Below are positions 40,144-55,025 of a stretch of 64,000 nt of DNA, piece by piece. A program made the position numbers and the translations under genes. The first letter of the stretch is position 1. Each line of letters opens with the position of its first letter. Origin of the DNA: Vicugna vicugna (Eukaryota); contig MU058337.1 of NCBI GenBank assembly GCA_013265495.1, positions 5,436,716 to 5,500,715 of the forward strand. The letters run 5' to 3'. Under the pieces are notes generated by a model, which was not told the DNA's origin, ran no database searches, and saw nothing but the letters and a program-made list of their open reading frames with translations.

Positions 40144-40357
40144 CTTTTGAAAACCTTTTCCTTGGTGATAGCCAAAGGCTCACTTTTAAGATCAGAAGGA
40201 AAAATTCTGAGTTTGGTTAGGTAGGATCAAAGACAGGGCTAAAGCTTCTGCTATAAAAAGAAATACTATGCATTTGTGATGCTATTAGAAGTTATTTTAT
40301 TTTGTTTTCATAATGGTCATTGCTTAAAAGTTGAAATTTGGTCTTGAGCTGTGTTGA

Positions 40358-40507
<150 letters not shown>

Positions 40508-41619
40508 TGACTGCTTAGACAATTCCGGCTCCTGAGTTCTTCTGTCACATCTCAAGACTTCAGACCCGAAGGAATCAGGAAACTCAGGAAGCAAACTAAA
40601 TGGCCAGGTACAGAAAAGTGACCATTAACTATAGAAAAATCCAGACATCCTACAAAGCTCGTATCTTTGTTTAGATAGTAACACAAAAATGAACTATCAG
40701 TTGCGTTTGACTAAAACTGAAGACACTTAAAGTGTTTTATGGGAATGATTCACATCAGTAACTTTAAACATTTTCTAATTTCCAAATATTCTAGGTTCTA
40801 GATCCAGCATGTATCATTTCAGGGTTAACGTACTAGAAGATAAAATTTTATTTTTAAAAGAATTTTTCTATCAAAGACTGCATCAGAATTCCCAGGAATT
40901 TCTTTGCTTTTCGACTCTAGGTCATTCATTTATTTATTAACTGACTCAATAAATATTTATCAAGTGTTTATGACGGGCCAGATCCTGAGGTTGGAAGAAG
41001 GTGGTGATGACACCTGGTGCCGCCGTTACCTGGCGTGCGCGGTTCTCACCGGCACAAACACCTGTTAGTGCCGTGGTTTTTAAGCCAGAGCTCTGTCTGA
41101 CGTGATCTACCGTATTGTCAACATGGAACTGAGATGGGATCCAGCACAGCCTGTGTACTTATGACTGGGTGGGTCAGGCATAGAGCGTGGAGACAATTTC
41201 TAAGTAAAACTTCCAAGTCAACACTAGCACTCTCCTTCAACAGGGTGCAGTCATAATGTGTGGTCTACTTAAGAGTCAAATCTGAACGTGGCTTTGAAAA
41301 CGTGTGCTTAAAAATATGCAACAAAAGGCCCTATTTGAATAGTCTCCATTCCAGAGGCTTATTTCTCCTTCAGAGTCTTCATCTTGTATTTTCTACAGAG
41401 ACAGATAACAAAAATGCATGCCCCATCTTCTCCAGGGCAAAAGTTCACAGTGTTCTGCTCATTTCATAAGGCACCTCTCCTAGTCTCTTGTCCTCCAGAA
41501 TGGAAGCAATTTAAAACACAGAGTTTCATCTTTTTCACTTATTCCCAATGATAGAAGATACAGATCATTAAACCCAAGGAATGCTTTCCTGTAAAATCGA
41601 TCAAGTTATTTGAACAATG

Positions 41620-42060
41620 GTTCTCCATCTCCTCTGGAGTGAAAGCCAGAGTCAGGATCCTACCTGACCTGCCCTCCTCCAGCCAGCTGGCCTCAGCTTC
41701 CCCTGCTCTGTTTCCTGTCCTCCACCCGCACCGCCTCCCGGCTGCTCCTCCGTGTGCACCCACACAGACCCGCCCCTCCCAGCAAGAGCCCATGCCTGCC
41801 GGGGCCAGGGGACTGCATCCACAGCTCCTCGTCAAGGCCTGCTGCCACCCTCTTGTGCTCTTTCGTCCCTTTGTTCTTAACCAGAGGGTCTAACATCACC
41901 TAACATTCTTATTTATTTTGATTTAATGTTCATCTGTCCCCCAACAAGAGCATTAGCCTCTCAAGAGCAAGGACTTGTCATTTTTTCCCCATTTGTCGTG
42001 ACCACAGCACCACAGCAGTGCCTGGCACATTGTACATTCTCAATCAGTGTTTTTATTGAA
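41620..42060 (+). mobile_element. L2 3' part
   Basis: Ends agagcaaggacttgtc...cagtgcctggcacattgtacattctcaatcagtgttttattgaa. Confidence 0.65.
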
Positions 42061-42127
42061 AAAAATACCCTATTGAGGAAAAAAATACCCTGGCTAAGAT
42101 GACTGTGACCATTGAAACATGTATAAA

Positions 42128-42430
42128 GAAGAGACTCACAGACAGAAAACAAACTTATGGTTACCAAAGGGGAAAGAGGAGGGGAGGGATAGATTAGGAG
42201 TTTGGGATTAGCAAACTAATATATATATATATATATTAGATAAACTGCAAGGGCCTACTGTTTAGCACAGGGAACTACATTCAATATCTTGTAATAACCT
42301 ATAACGAAAAAGTATGAAAAAGAATATATATATATATGTATATGCATACCTGAATCACTATGCTGTACACCAGTAACTAACACAATATTGTAAACGAACT
42401 AAACTTCAATTTAAATATATATATAAAAAG
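42128..42430 (+). mobile_element. L1 3' end with internal (TA)n
   Basis: agactcacagacagaaaacaaacttatggttaccaaagggg...gcacagggaactacattcaatatc. Confidence 0.9.
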
Positions 42431-42523
42431 ATATTTATTTCTACTTTTTTAAATGGTCATCTTTGAGGGGGGGCTTCAGAAAAATCTTCCACGTTGATGT
42501 GCCCCCTTTTATTTTGTCCCTAG

Positions 42524-42825
<302 letters not shown>

Positions 42826-43519
42826 TAAGTGCACTCGCTCCCTTTCCACCGGGCGCTTGGCCCGAGTCATGCGAACAGCAGGGGCAGTTGTCATGCGAGG
42901 AAGAAGGATCGTGTAATCCTAATGGGGTCACCAAATAAACTGTGGGCTAATTAATCACGCTGCTCCTCTTGGCTGAGCGGCCGACTGGGTGGAAAACAAA
43001 CCAAGGTTGCGAGTGGTTAGCATTTATATAAAACTCACGTTGACGAAGCACCGCGCAGCCGTCTCTGTTCAGCTTCACAGGCACCCAGGACATTTCTAAC
43101 AGGGTTGTTAACGCCGTCGCTGAACCAAGGGGAGACGGAATGACGTGGGAAGGTCACTGTCCCCACCTTCTTGTAGGCTTGTAGTTTCTTTGTCTTCAAA
43201 ATACCTTCATTGGTTTATTCTAAAATAACATCAAGTAGAAATAAAATTGACTGGTGCTTCCATTACCAACTGTTAGGAAAAGAAAACCCACTGGCCGTTG
43301 TCTCTAACCTTCCCACGTGGAGGAAACGTGTGAGAGGCTGTCCGGGTGGTGAGTCCGGGGGACGCTGCATTTGGGACAACGCCAGCCAAGTGGGGCAGGC
43401 AACCAACGGGCGAAATGCAATTTTTGTTGCATAACTTTAAGTAAATATCCGGGAAACTCCCCATTACGTGGTGGGACCTTCCCTGGCGCCGTCATTCTTA
43501 GCATGTGATGGTTCCTGAC

Positions 43520-44080
43520 TGTTATGGGCTGAAAGTGTCCCCTTCATCCAAAGAAATTCCCATGTGGAAGCCCGACCCCAGCACCTCAGGATGTGACCCA
43601 CCTGGAGACAGTGGCTTTAAAGAGGGACTTAAATTAGAGAGATTGGGGGGGGGGGTAATTAGGTTTATTTATTTATTTATTTAACTGGAGGTACTGGGGA
43701 TTGAACCCAGGACCTCCTGCATGCTAAGCATGGTCTCTACCACTGAGCTATCCCTTCCCCACAAGAGTGAATTAAATTCAAATGGGGTCATTCAGGTGGG
43801 CCTTAATCCAATATGACTGGGGTCCTTATAAGAGGAGGAGACTCGGACGTAGACAGCTGTAGAGGAGGGGCCGCGTGAAGACACACGGCGAGGACGGCCA
43901 TCTGCCGGCCTGGGAGAGAGGCCTGGAGCAGAGCCTCCCGCACGGCCTCTGAAGGGGCCAACCCTACTGCCACCTGCAGCTCAGACTTTCAGCCTCCAGA
44001 ACTGGGAGAAACTTAGTTTCTGTTGTTGAAGCCACTCAGCCTGTGGGACATCGTCACTGCGGCCCCAGGAGACTGACGCA
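43520..44080 (+). mobile_element. MaLR solo LTR (MLT1A/B-like) interrupted by a SINE
   Basis: tgttatgggctgaa...cttaatccaatatgactggggtccttataagagg...agcctccagaactgggagaa...gactgacgca. Confidence 0.85.
43636..43762 (-). mobile_element. tRNA-derived SINE (vic-1-like) nested in an MLT1 LTR
   Basis: Same head as the other copies; 16-bp TSD aagagggacttaaatt (43620-43635) / aagagtgaattaaatt (43763-43778), 14/16 identical. Confidence 0.9.
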
Positions 44081-45022
44081 CTGTGCTGCCGCGTCGGGGC
44101 TGGAGGAGACCTCAGGAGCCATGTGGTGTCATTTGTGACCCCCTCCCAGGTCAGGCCAGGGTACGGGCTTTGTTCAAAGACACCAGCTAGGGCGTGGCCC
44201 TCTGTGACTGCCAGTCTACTGTTCCTTCTGCTTCTAGAAGGACCTTCACAGTGTAAGGCACCTGAGTGATAATGATTTAAAACCCTGAGCTTTCATGAAG
44301 TGGAAAGAAGCTGGCAGTTTGGAGGTGATTTGATCAGTTCCCAAAGTGGCTTTTTCATCTGGAGTTAGCCTACTGGCTGCCGCCATGTTGACATCTGATT
44401 GCTAACTCTCCACTTCGCTTAGTGCCCTGTTAATTCTCCTTTTGTCAGCAGTGCACCTGCTGTGGCCCCAGGCATGTTTTGCTGTCATTGGGAACACATG
44501 CACAGAGGCCATGAGGAGTTTCACCTAAGACTGGCCCCTGGCTTCCTGGAAGTAACATTTATAAATCCCCACCCCTAAGAAATTCTATATACATTACTCT
44601 GCAAGATCACAGTTACATACAGAGCGAAGAACGCTATTTAATGTATGGATATTTAATTAAAGAATTATGAAAAACATCCTTGAACTACTAAGGCTAAGAC
44701 TTTGAATGTTTCTAAATAGAAGTAAACTTTAATTTTGTCATATCCTTGTCAGAAATTGTTGAGTGGAATTACATTCTAAAACCAATCATTTTGAAAAACG
44801 TTAACTTTACTTTCATAAGCATCACCTGCGAATTCTTCTGATTTTTCTGTCATCGAATGTCCTCTGCCTTCCGGAGTCACATACAGTTAACATATGTGAT
44901 AATGGACATTTTGTAAAGGATGTAAAAGAAATTGTAGGCAGATGAGATGTTTCTACATAATGCTGCTAAGTTATGACATGTGTGCTATGTCACAGAATTT
45001 GTATTTTTGTTCTCTCTCACAG

Positions 45023-45079
45023 ATCTAAAACAGACCCTGTCACAGGAGCTGTGAAAAATACAAAGTACCATCAACTTTA
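45023..45079 (+). CDS. NALCN: NALCN exon (~23), SKTDPVTGAVKNTKYHQL(Y)
   Basis: Acceptor tctctctcacag|A, donor TA|gtaagc; 57 nt, phase 2-2. Confidence 0.96.
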
Positions 45080-45280
45080 GTAAGCATTGCAAACCCTGTT
45101 TTCCATGCACATTCGAAGTTTCCAGGTACTATTTTATGCTGCATAAAAATATAAAAATTCCCTTTATTTTCTTACTGTATCGTGCTATGAAACAGACGAT
45201 TGGGGATTCATTTAAAAAGTGCCAGTCACATTTAGAGACTCACAGAAGGGTCGTCTCTGACTCTGAGCAGACATTCCTAG

Positions 45281-45700
<420 letters not shown>

Positions 45701-46521
45701 TAATGGTTTTGTAAAATCTCCTGCATTTCTTGTTACAAGAGTGAGACATGTGAGTCACAGAGGTTTAAATGCCATAACTGAGTTTTTAAGTAGAGTAGTG
45801 GTCTCTTAAAAGCAAATAAAGGGCATGCATGTAAAATCTAAATAAAAAGCATTAAAAATATGCATGCATATGGCTCAAATACCTCAGCCACATTCATGTA
45901 TGCATAAGACATACATTGAGGTCCAAGACAGCAAATCTGGTTTGCATCCCATAATTCTTGTGGCTCCTATACTCAAAAAATCAAAAACCCTACATCATAT
46001 AATTGATCAGTGAGCCACTTACTGCTAAACTAGAGTGAGTATGGCTGCACCTCTCTTCCAGTTCCAACACACAGAATACCAGGCTAGAGAGGGTGACCAT
46101 TCAACTGTTCAGTTAAGCTAAATTGGGAAACCATAAGAAGAAACTCAAAGAAATTTCTTTCTTTTCTGTATGTCCAAGAAGGCATAAAATCCATGTCTTT
46201 TCCAACTCTACAAGGAGAATTGTGACCGTTAACATCTGGCATGCTTAGATCGTTAGTAAAATGGTGGGTATTCGGCCAAGAGTGAGGGTTAGGATCCCTG
46301 ACCAAAGGAATGTCAATCCTGCTGACATCAGCCGAGCCCGCGGAGTATACACTAAAAGAAGGGGCAGGATGTAGGGTGTACACATGCCCAGGTGGGGGCA
46401 CCCCCATTTCTTTTCTGCAAACACCCGATGACTTCCTGTGGGGCACTAATGGTTTATAGAGTAGAGACTGCGTGTACCCCTGGTGACGCTTGTCCCACGT
46501 GACACATGGAATCTCGGCTGA

Positions 46522-46818
<297 letters not shown>

Positions 46819-47954
46819 TAATGCAGCTGACTAGGGGATGAAGTGAGTCTTGCTTGTCAAGGTTAAGTCTACAGTTTTGTTCATTGCCAGAATATTTTAA
46901 AGGCAGTAGCAGAACACAGCACATGTCCAAAAACTCTACCCATGGATGCTTCTGGCTTATCGGTATATTTGATTCAACAAACATTTTTAGTAAATTAAAG
47001 GTAAGCACTCTGGTAAGTACCAGAAAAGGAAAATCCAAAGAGAGAGTGTTGGCTGACACTACCATGTCCAGCTCTTGACCCTAATTTCTACTCTGGAGTT
47101 TAGTTGCCCCATCTGGAAATTAATGAGGAGATTTACCACCACCGACTGCACAAATGATATTAGCAGTTAACACAGCTCAGCTCATAATCTCACTGTCCCT
47201 GTCCCCAGATTCCTCTAGCACAAAATTTGGCTCTAATCTTTGGACTGCTAACATAAGACAACTTTTCAGCACCGTAACATACAGGTACAGCCTGCTCTAA
47301 GCAGCCTCAGTACACGGTAATGAATACTTAGAAATACGAATGGAGGGAAAACATACTTTTTAGTCAGGCGGGTATTGATTTCGGGTCTCCTCAGAGCTGA
47401 GCAGCAGACAAAACAATGAGGAAGAGGCTCTTTGCTCACAGTCTGTAAGAGAAGAATCTTGGCTTTTCAAAGCAGTGATCACAGGACGATTTTTATTCTT
47501 AATGAGTTCTGCTTGTGCACGGAAAACGTGAATTAATTTACAAAGGCTTGTTTTATGTCTTGCTTTCTAGAAACACACCTCTTGTGAGAGAACAGCTGTG
47601 GTTGCCGTAGGTTCTGAGGTATTTTAAAGACAGGCTGTTGTGTGACTGCAGGCATATAGTGTCCAACACTTTTTCAAAGCTGTGTTTAAAGTTCCTTATT
47701 TTCTTTGCACTAAAGCCATACCACGGTGGCTTTTCACACAGCTGGAACGGAAGGAAAACAGTCTAGCACCTGACAACTAGCGTATGTGAGTCTTTGAGCC
47801 CCGATAGGATTTAGAAGATGGTGTGCTTTGCTCCAGGTGATTTTCCGTGTAATTTGAGTATCTTTAAGGTTTATGTTTAGATTATTCAACGAGGACGGAT
47901 CAATAGTCTGCTCAGTTTTTTGGCCAGTTTCTCTGCTGAGACCAAAACAGTTGT

Positions 47955-47968
47955 CCAGCAGAGGGCGC
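47955..47968 (+). promoter_or_regulatory. CTCF-type motif CCAGCAGAGGGCGC
   Basis: TGTCCAGCAGAGGGCGCAC, near-ideal match to the CTCF core consensus. Confidence 0.6.
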
Positions 47969-48300
47969 ACCAGTCAATTAACAGATGCCCTTTTCGAGAC
48001 TGAACCCTCACGTACTCTGTGCAGCACGTGCACGCTCCCAAGAAAGCAAAGCCGCTATCCCTCCAGCTCACGCTCTGCTAACAGAGATACGAATCCATTT
48101 TGAAAAAATGGGGGAAATAGAATTATTTCAACATTTTTCTTTTGTTCCATTAAATAGAATAAAGCAAAGTGCTGATTTCAAAATCAGAAGAGCCCAAGTC
48201 TTATCAGAAACACCTTTGCCTGTTTTCTTACGTGAAAGTCATGTGTTTTTATTTTAAAAATTCAAAAACTGTTGTTCATTTCCTTCTTTTAACATTCCAG

Positions 48301-48450
48301 GGGGAGGGTGTAGCTCAGTGTAAGAGCATATGCTTAGCATGCATGAGGTCCTGGGTTCAATCCCCAGTATCTCCATTAAAAAAATTTTTTTAAATAAGCA
48401 AACCTAATTAACTCCCCCCATCCCCACCCTCTACAAAAGCTTAAAAATCC
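48301..48450 (+). mobile_element. tRNA-derived SINE (vic-1-like)
   Basis: ggggagggtgtagctcagtg...gggttcaatccccagtatctcc...aaacctaattaactcccc; ttccag on both flanks. Confidence 0.9.
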
Positions 48451-48608
48451 CAAAAGCTTTCCAGCAAGGCTAACTGAATAATCTGTGGGGCTGGGAGTTA
48501 AAAGACTGCATCCAAGGACCGGGAATTTCCTACGGCGTTACCTGAAAAGTCCTGTTCGTGTCACTGCTCAGACCATATCTACTGTTTGTTTAAAGTTTTT
48601 TTTACTAA

Positions 48609-48821
<213 letters not shown>

Positions 48822-50839
48822 TGAGGACAGGGCTCTCAGAATCTCTTCCCGTGAACTCCCTCGGCTTCAAGCAGGCAGCATGTCTGCTCTGGCTGGTCAA
48901 GGGTGATACGGGGAGAAGCCCATCTCAGGGAATCCTGCTCCTCCCTTCTGTTGGAGGGTCAGCCGCTGCTGGTGTCCTCAGTACAGTCGGCCAAGACTCC
49001 CCAGGCGGATAGCTGTGAGCCTGGAACACCTTCCCTTTAGGTCGTCCCTAACTTGGCCCTGACTCTGCTGGGCCCTGAGACACCTATTAGCAAACAGCCC
49101 CCGCAAGAAATACAAAAGACAGTTTGACTTTCACGCCCTCTCTTATGACTGCTCCATTCCGCATTCTTTCCGTTAGGGAGTCAGGGGCTTGCATTAGCTC
49201 TTAGTTGCCCAGAATCTGCCCATGGAGGCAACTAGCAAAGACCCCAGCTTGGCCACTTCCGATCCCGCCCCTTTCTCTGTCTTTCTTCGGTCGGTGCTGG
49301 AAGAGGAGGCTGGCTGCTGGAGCAGCCCCGGTCTGTCAGTCAGTAGCTGAACACCATGAGGTGAAAATTCTGCATCTCGAGGAGCTCAGACAGCTCTCTT
49401 CTGAATGAGGACCATGCAAGGGCTCCAGTTTCTTCTGTTGTGTGGGGTGTCCCCACTCTTTGCTGTTTTCAGTCTCCTCTGTTTAGCTGGCAGTTGGGAG
49501 CCGAAAACCACCTCTCTCGGGACTGTGGGTGTCCTCACTTCAACCCGCGTCCCACTGGGAAGAGCGTGGCCTCCCCGGACGGGAGGGGAGACGGCGATGT
49601 GTGGTTCAGTGGCGTGTCCTGCAGACGGAAGGGACGGGGCCCAGCTAATAGTTAGCCAGTCTCTGCTGCACCACCCTGTGTCCCAGCCTCTTAGAATTCT
49701 GCTCTATGTTACGAGTAGATTGATGAAGCAAACCAAATACCACTGAAGTATAAACTAGCAAGAATATTTCCTCTCTCATCTAGAGAAAATACTGCCAGAA
49801 GTCCATTAAAGGGCATGTTTCCAAAAAGGCTCCCAGAGCTGAGCTGTGACACTTATTTCTGTATCTCCAGCAAATACGGCTGTCTAATAGAGATTTCATA
49901 TTAGTATGAAAATTTCCTACATTTTCAGGCTTCTGATTGTAAAGCTTGGTAGCTCGCGACTTGTTATAGAATACAGGTAACATCTTTGTTCGGTCAGAAT
50001 GTGTTATCGGTCATGTTAATGATGAGATTTGCAGGAAGAGGCAGAGCAGGAGACTTGGGATGGTCGGACCTCATGTTAGCTCACGAGGCACCACCTGGGT
50101 CGTTGCTTCCTTTAACTCCCCTCCCCAGAGGTTCCAAGACCTTGGATAAACCTCAGAAGACGCACAAGGAACATGGTATAAAGGTCATGGTGTACCCAGT
50201 GAGCTAGGTCATAACCAGCTGATGCGTGAGTCCACAGGCTTGTGTAAAGAGAGAAGGGTTACTTTAGGTCCACTCTGAATAGAGGCCAGAAGGATAATAA
50301 CATTTCACGATAAAGCTGCATAGGAATCTTGGATGACTCGGTACAGTAATAATGGCCTAGGAGCCTTGTGATTTTTATAGTCTTTGCTCATCCACAGCCC
50401 AGGCCAAAGGTTGATGACTTGTATAAGGAAAGGAAAGCACGCAGTGGATGGACAGACACCCAGATACCACGAGACTTTTATCCTCTTTCCCAGAGCAGTG
50501 AGGTCTCTGTGAAAAGCTGATAAAGAACGTCCAGGTGAACTTAGGCATCACAGGCAGTGTCAAGTGCAAGGATAATTGAAAAGAAACCGGCATGGTGAGA
50601 AGTGGTCTCTGTCTTTTTGTCAGGACGGGTTCTTTTCTAGCCCTAATACAAGAGGCCAGGCACAAGCGTGCCATGTGGGTGAAGGTGGACACCAGTTCTA
50701 CCTTGGAGCTGCAGTTCACTTTTATAAAAGGAGAGACAAACCCAAGGAAAAGGAGAAACTAGATACCCCCACATTTGGATCACACAGCTCACATGAGGCA
50801 TGAAGCTTGAGTTATTGGTGCCATCTTTCTAGTTGTAAT

Positions 50840-51433
50840 CATATAATATGTGGTCCTTGATGGTTGGCTTTTTTCACTTACATAATATCTTCAAGGTTCA
50901 TCCATGCTGTAGCATGTGTCCGTATTTTACCCTTTATGGCTGAATAGTATTCCTCTGTTTGGATATACCACATTATATTCAGGTATTTGTCCACTGATGA
51001 ACATTTACATTGTTTGGACTATTATAAATAATGCTATTTATAATAATAATGATACAAACATTCATGTACAAATTTCTATGTGGATATATGTTTTCATTTC
51101 TCTTGGGTAGATACCTCAGAGTGGAATTTCTGGGTCCTATGGCAGTCCTTTGTTTAGTCATTTGAGGGCCTGTCACGTTATTTTCCAAAGTGGCTGCATC
51201 ATTTGCCATCCACCCCAGCAGTGTTTGAGGACTATGATTTCTACATGCCCTTGTCAAAGCTTGTTGTTATTTGACTTCTTGATTATAGCCTTCTTAGTGG
51301 ATGTGAACTGGTATCCCATTGTGGTTTTGATTTGCATTTCCCTGATGATTAATGATGCCGAGCATCTTCTCCGGTGCTCACTGGCCATTTTTCTCTCCCT
51401 TGGAAGAACGTCAGTTCAGATCGTTTGCCCACT
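50840..51433 (-). mobile_element. L1 (L1MB-like) ORF2-end/3'UTR fragment
   Basis: ttcaaggttcatccatgctgtagcatg...cattgtggttttgatttgcatttccctgatgattaatgatg. Confidence 0.85.
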
Positions 51434-51634
51434 TACTAACGTTTTCAGCATCAACTTTCACCTGCCTGTCTCTGAAGCCTTTGGCACTGTTTGCCAAGTA
51501 GCTGTCCACATCACTGTTGTTAGATAAAAGACTTTGGTTGTTCTATGTAAAAAGTTTTATCTTTTATCTTCTCTGAGTTCGTTTTCTGACCAGGTCCCTC
51601 TCCCCATTCTTTTATTTTTTTTTTCCTGTTTTAG

Positions 51635-51742
<108 letters not shown>

Positions 51743-51805
51743 TAAGCATACTCCAAAAATACCTTCAAGAATGCTATATTGTCAGTTTAAGGGTTTTTCC
51801 CTCTG

Positions 51806-52287
51806 TTTTATTGAGGAATAATCATCTTACATCAATCACTGTATACACTTAAGGCATACAGCATGATGGTTTGATTTGCATATATTGCAAAACACTTACC
51901 ACAATAAGTTTAGTTAACATGTATCATCTCAAACGGACAAAGTAAAAAGAAAAGCAAAAGCTTCTCCCTCTGATGCGAAACTCTCAGGATCTGTCCTCCG
52001 AACAGCCTTGCTGTGTATCATACAGCAGTGTTAGCTACAGGCGTCACGCTGTGCGTCACATCTCTTGTACTTATTTATAACTGGAAGTTTCTACCTTTTG
52101 ACCACTTTCCTCCACTCCCCCCACCCCAGTAACCACAAAGCTGATCTCTTTTTCTGTGAGTTTAGTTGGGGGGTTGTTTTTTTGTTTTGGCTTTCAGATT
52201 CCACTTCTAGGTGAGATCATACAGTATTTGTCTTTTTCTGTCTGACTTACGCACTTAGCATAATGCCTTCATGGTCCATCCATGTTG
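51806..52287 (-). mobile_element. L1 (L1MA-like) 3' end
   Basis: agattccacttctaggtgagatcatacagtatttgtcttt...gtccatccatgttg. Confidence 0.85.
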
Positions 52288-54457
52288 AGTGTAAGTATAT
52301 AAAGTGTACGGTTATGAAGCAGCACAGTATGGCATGAAACGAAATCACTTAAAATAACTTTAAGTGATGCAGGGCAAAGCACTGACTTACAACAGGATGC
52401 AAAAGTAAAATAAATAAGGTAAGTTAGAGAGCAGGTGGTACCCCTGAGTCCCAGGTCGCTTCATGAAACTAAGGGAATGTCACCATCATACTTCGCTAAT
52501 ACTTTAAAGTATGGATCTGGATTCACGTGGTTGCCTGTGTTGGACATTGACGTGCCCTGGAAAATCATCTTAAGACAGGGAGTCCACACCAAACCACAGA
52601 CACAGTACTTTGTCACTTGAGTTGTCCATTATCATGTATTATAATCAAAATGTTTTTTGAATAAAGAAGACTCAAATAAAGGTCAGACTTTCTGAGGAAC
52701 CTCTCTAAACATCTAGAAATAGAGATGTTTTTATCTCTTTCTTTTATTGTCATAATCACTTTATCTAATTACAGGAGTTATGTTTTTTCACTACAATTAT
52801 TGACATGCCCATTGTGCTCATGGGACTCTTGAGTTCCTCAAGGTTGAGGAACTTGTCTGATCTGGGTCAATATTTTTAGCATTCTCTGAGACAGTCTGTC
52901 TAGCCCATAACTGACTGGCTCACTGGATCTTTGTAGAACGAATGCATAAGTTCATTTATTAAGTAAATGAGGGAATAAACATCTAGACTGAAAGCAATGA
53001 ATCAGTAAAAATTTGTTGGACAAATGAATGGGTAATAAATAAGTACAACTGTGCCCCAAAAATGTACTTTTTTAGCCTTTTCATTTCTGTTTATTTTAAT
53101 GACTTAAAGACACTGACCATCATTAAGAGGCTCGTGGTTTTACAGTCACCACACGTAGTCTTATACTTATGTCTTTAAGCCAAAATTTTAAAATTTTAAA
53201 AATAAGTGAGGCTTAGAAGAGATTTTCCATCAAGTTTTTAATCAAATTTTAATTTAATTTTTAAATCAGTTTCTTTTTTTTAATTTTAACAATTGTAATC
53301 AGATTAAAACTAAACTCATCCTGACTTTAAGGAAGGCCTGAGGTTCTCATAACAGTTGTAGAAAAGCCTAAATCATAAAGCTGTTTCAATTTTAAAACCC
53401 ACTCACACTGAAGAGTTTCAGTGATGAAACCCTAGAAGAGGACAGTCAGTAACACAGTCGATCATCTCTCTCTCTCTCTCTTTAAAACTGGGGGTATTTT
53501 TTGAAAATGAGTTTTCAAAGCATTTACATCAAAGCCAGAAGTACCTGGTACCTTCTTTCTCATCCATTTTCCTAATGATTATGAAAGGACTGACTCCCTC
53601 AGTCTGCTTCAGTGATGCGCTCAGTGTTCCATCAGCTTCGTTTGTCCTTTTAAATTGTTATCTGTTTTCTTTTTATTTCATTTTTATCTCTTAGAATAAC
53701 AAGTGAACCACAGCAACTCCTCGGCTTTTGTCACAATTCATGTTCTCATTGCTAAATGTCAAAGCTCTTTAAAAGGAATAGCATTTCACCCCGTTGTACC
53801 CTCAGGAGGCTTCGTCACCTGCTTTGGCATTTCTCTGATATGAAATTCACTTTCACAAACAATTCAATACAATTAGGTTTTTTTTTTTAACACCAAAGAA
53901 TTATGGAAAACTATTAATTTTGGATGTGAGGCTGAGCAAGGGTAGAGAAGTGTTATCACAGGGGAACGTCCTTATCCCAGTGTTAGCTAGCAGAGCAGTC
54001 TAATTTACATTACAATAAAAAATTAAAGACTCATAAACAGTTTCTTTTATTGTGAGATTAAAACTTATTACTAAACCATAAATAATTTATTTATATCAGA
54101 ACATTCGTTTTTTTCCTGCTGTTTTGGAATTTTGGCTAGAGTCTCAAAACTAAGGTCAACAGGAGATAAAGTATCTTTACATTCTAAAGAGGCCTAGAGA
54201 CCAGTCCCGGCAGAACTTACTAAAACATTACCCACCCCCATCACCCAGCTCCTGTCAGAGCAAACACTGCACTCAAAGATGACATCGTGGAAGTGACTGA
54301 AGTCAAGAGCAGGGAGTCCTGTGGCATTGCCCCCACCTTCACTGTGGGGACAAGGTGGAAGAGGCTGTGGGGATGTTTCCAGGAGTCGGAGCCAGGCAAC
54401 ACCTGGAGGCTACACTCCCAGCAGGAAGACCATGGTGAGGCATCCTCGTGCAGGGGA

Positions 54458-55025
54458 GTGTAGCAATAGAGAGTTCAAGGTAGAGTAAAGCCAACGGCTC
54501 AAGAGATGATTACCATTGAAAAGAGAGTTTGTTACTCATAGTCCCCAAGAGGAGGGGGCAAGCCACACCCCGGGGAACCACTTGGGAAAGCACCAGGGCA
54601 AGTCAGCCGGCAGAGGGGTGGGGAGAACTGTGGCCACAAGTCTTTACTGTGGTTTCCCTGGGAAGGAACGGGTGAGGCAGGGCAAGGAGGCTGAGGGCGG
54701 GCGAGGCTGAATCATTTCAGGGGCTCTGGGACAGAGAGGCTGTCCATTGTGGTCTGGTACCCGGCACAGGGATCATCAGGGCAGGTAGATAGTGGCTCAG
54801 AGTGTGAAAGCCCAATAAAGGAGGTGATTGAAGCGTGGTCTGGATTGGTTGGTTTGTGTTTGAAAAGCATGCCTTGGAAAGGACCCCTTCCGACGGGTGG
54901 GACGGGGTGATGAGGCCAGGAAGGGTGACCTGGCACTTCGTCAGGTTGTCCAGAACAGAGCAGATCCCACATACATAGCCAGGACACATGTCAAAGTACC
55001 ACGTTTACTGAAGTTAGAAACACAG
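54458..55025 (-). mobile_element. ERVL-type solo LTR (MER54/MER74-like)
   Basis: ctttactgtggtttccctgggaaggaacgggtgaggcagggcaag...tgaatcatttcagggg resembles the recalled MER54/74 family. Confidence 0.6.

Noticed and set aside
47264..47282. REST/RE1 site (TTCAGCACC half-site)
   Set aside because: The right half GGACAG is absent.
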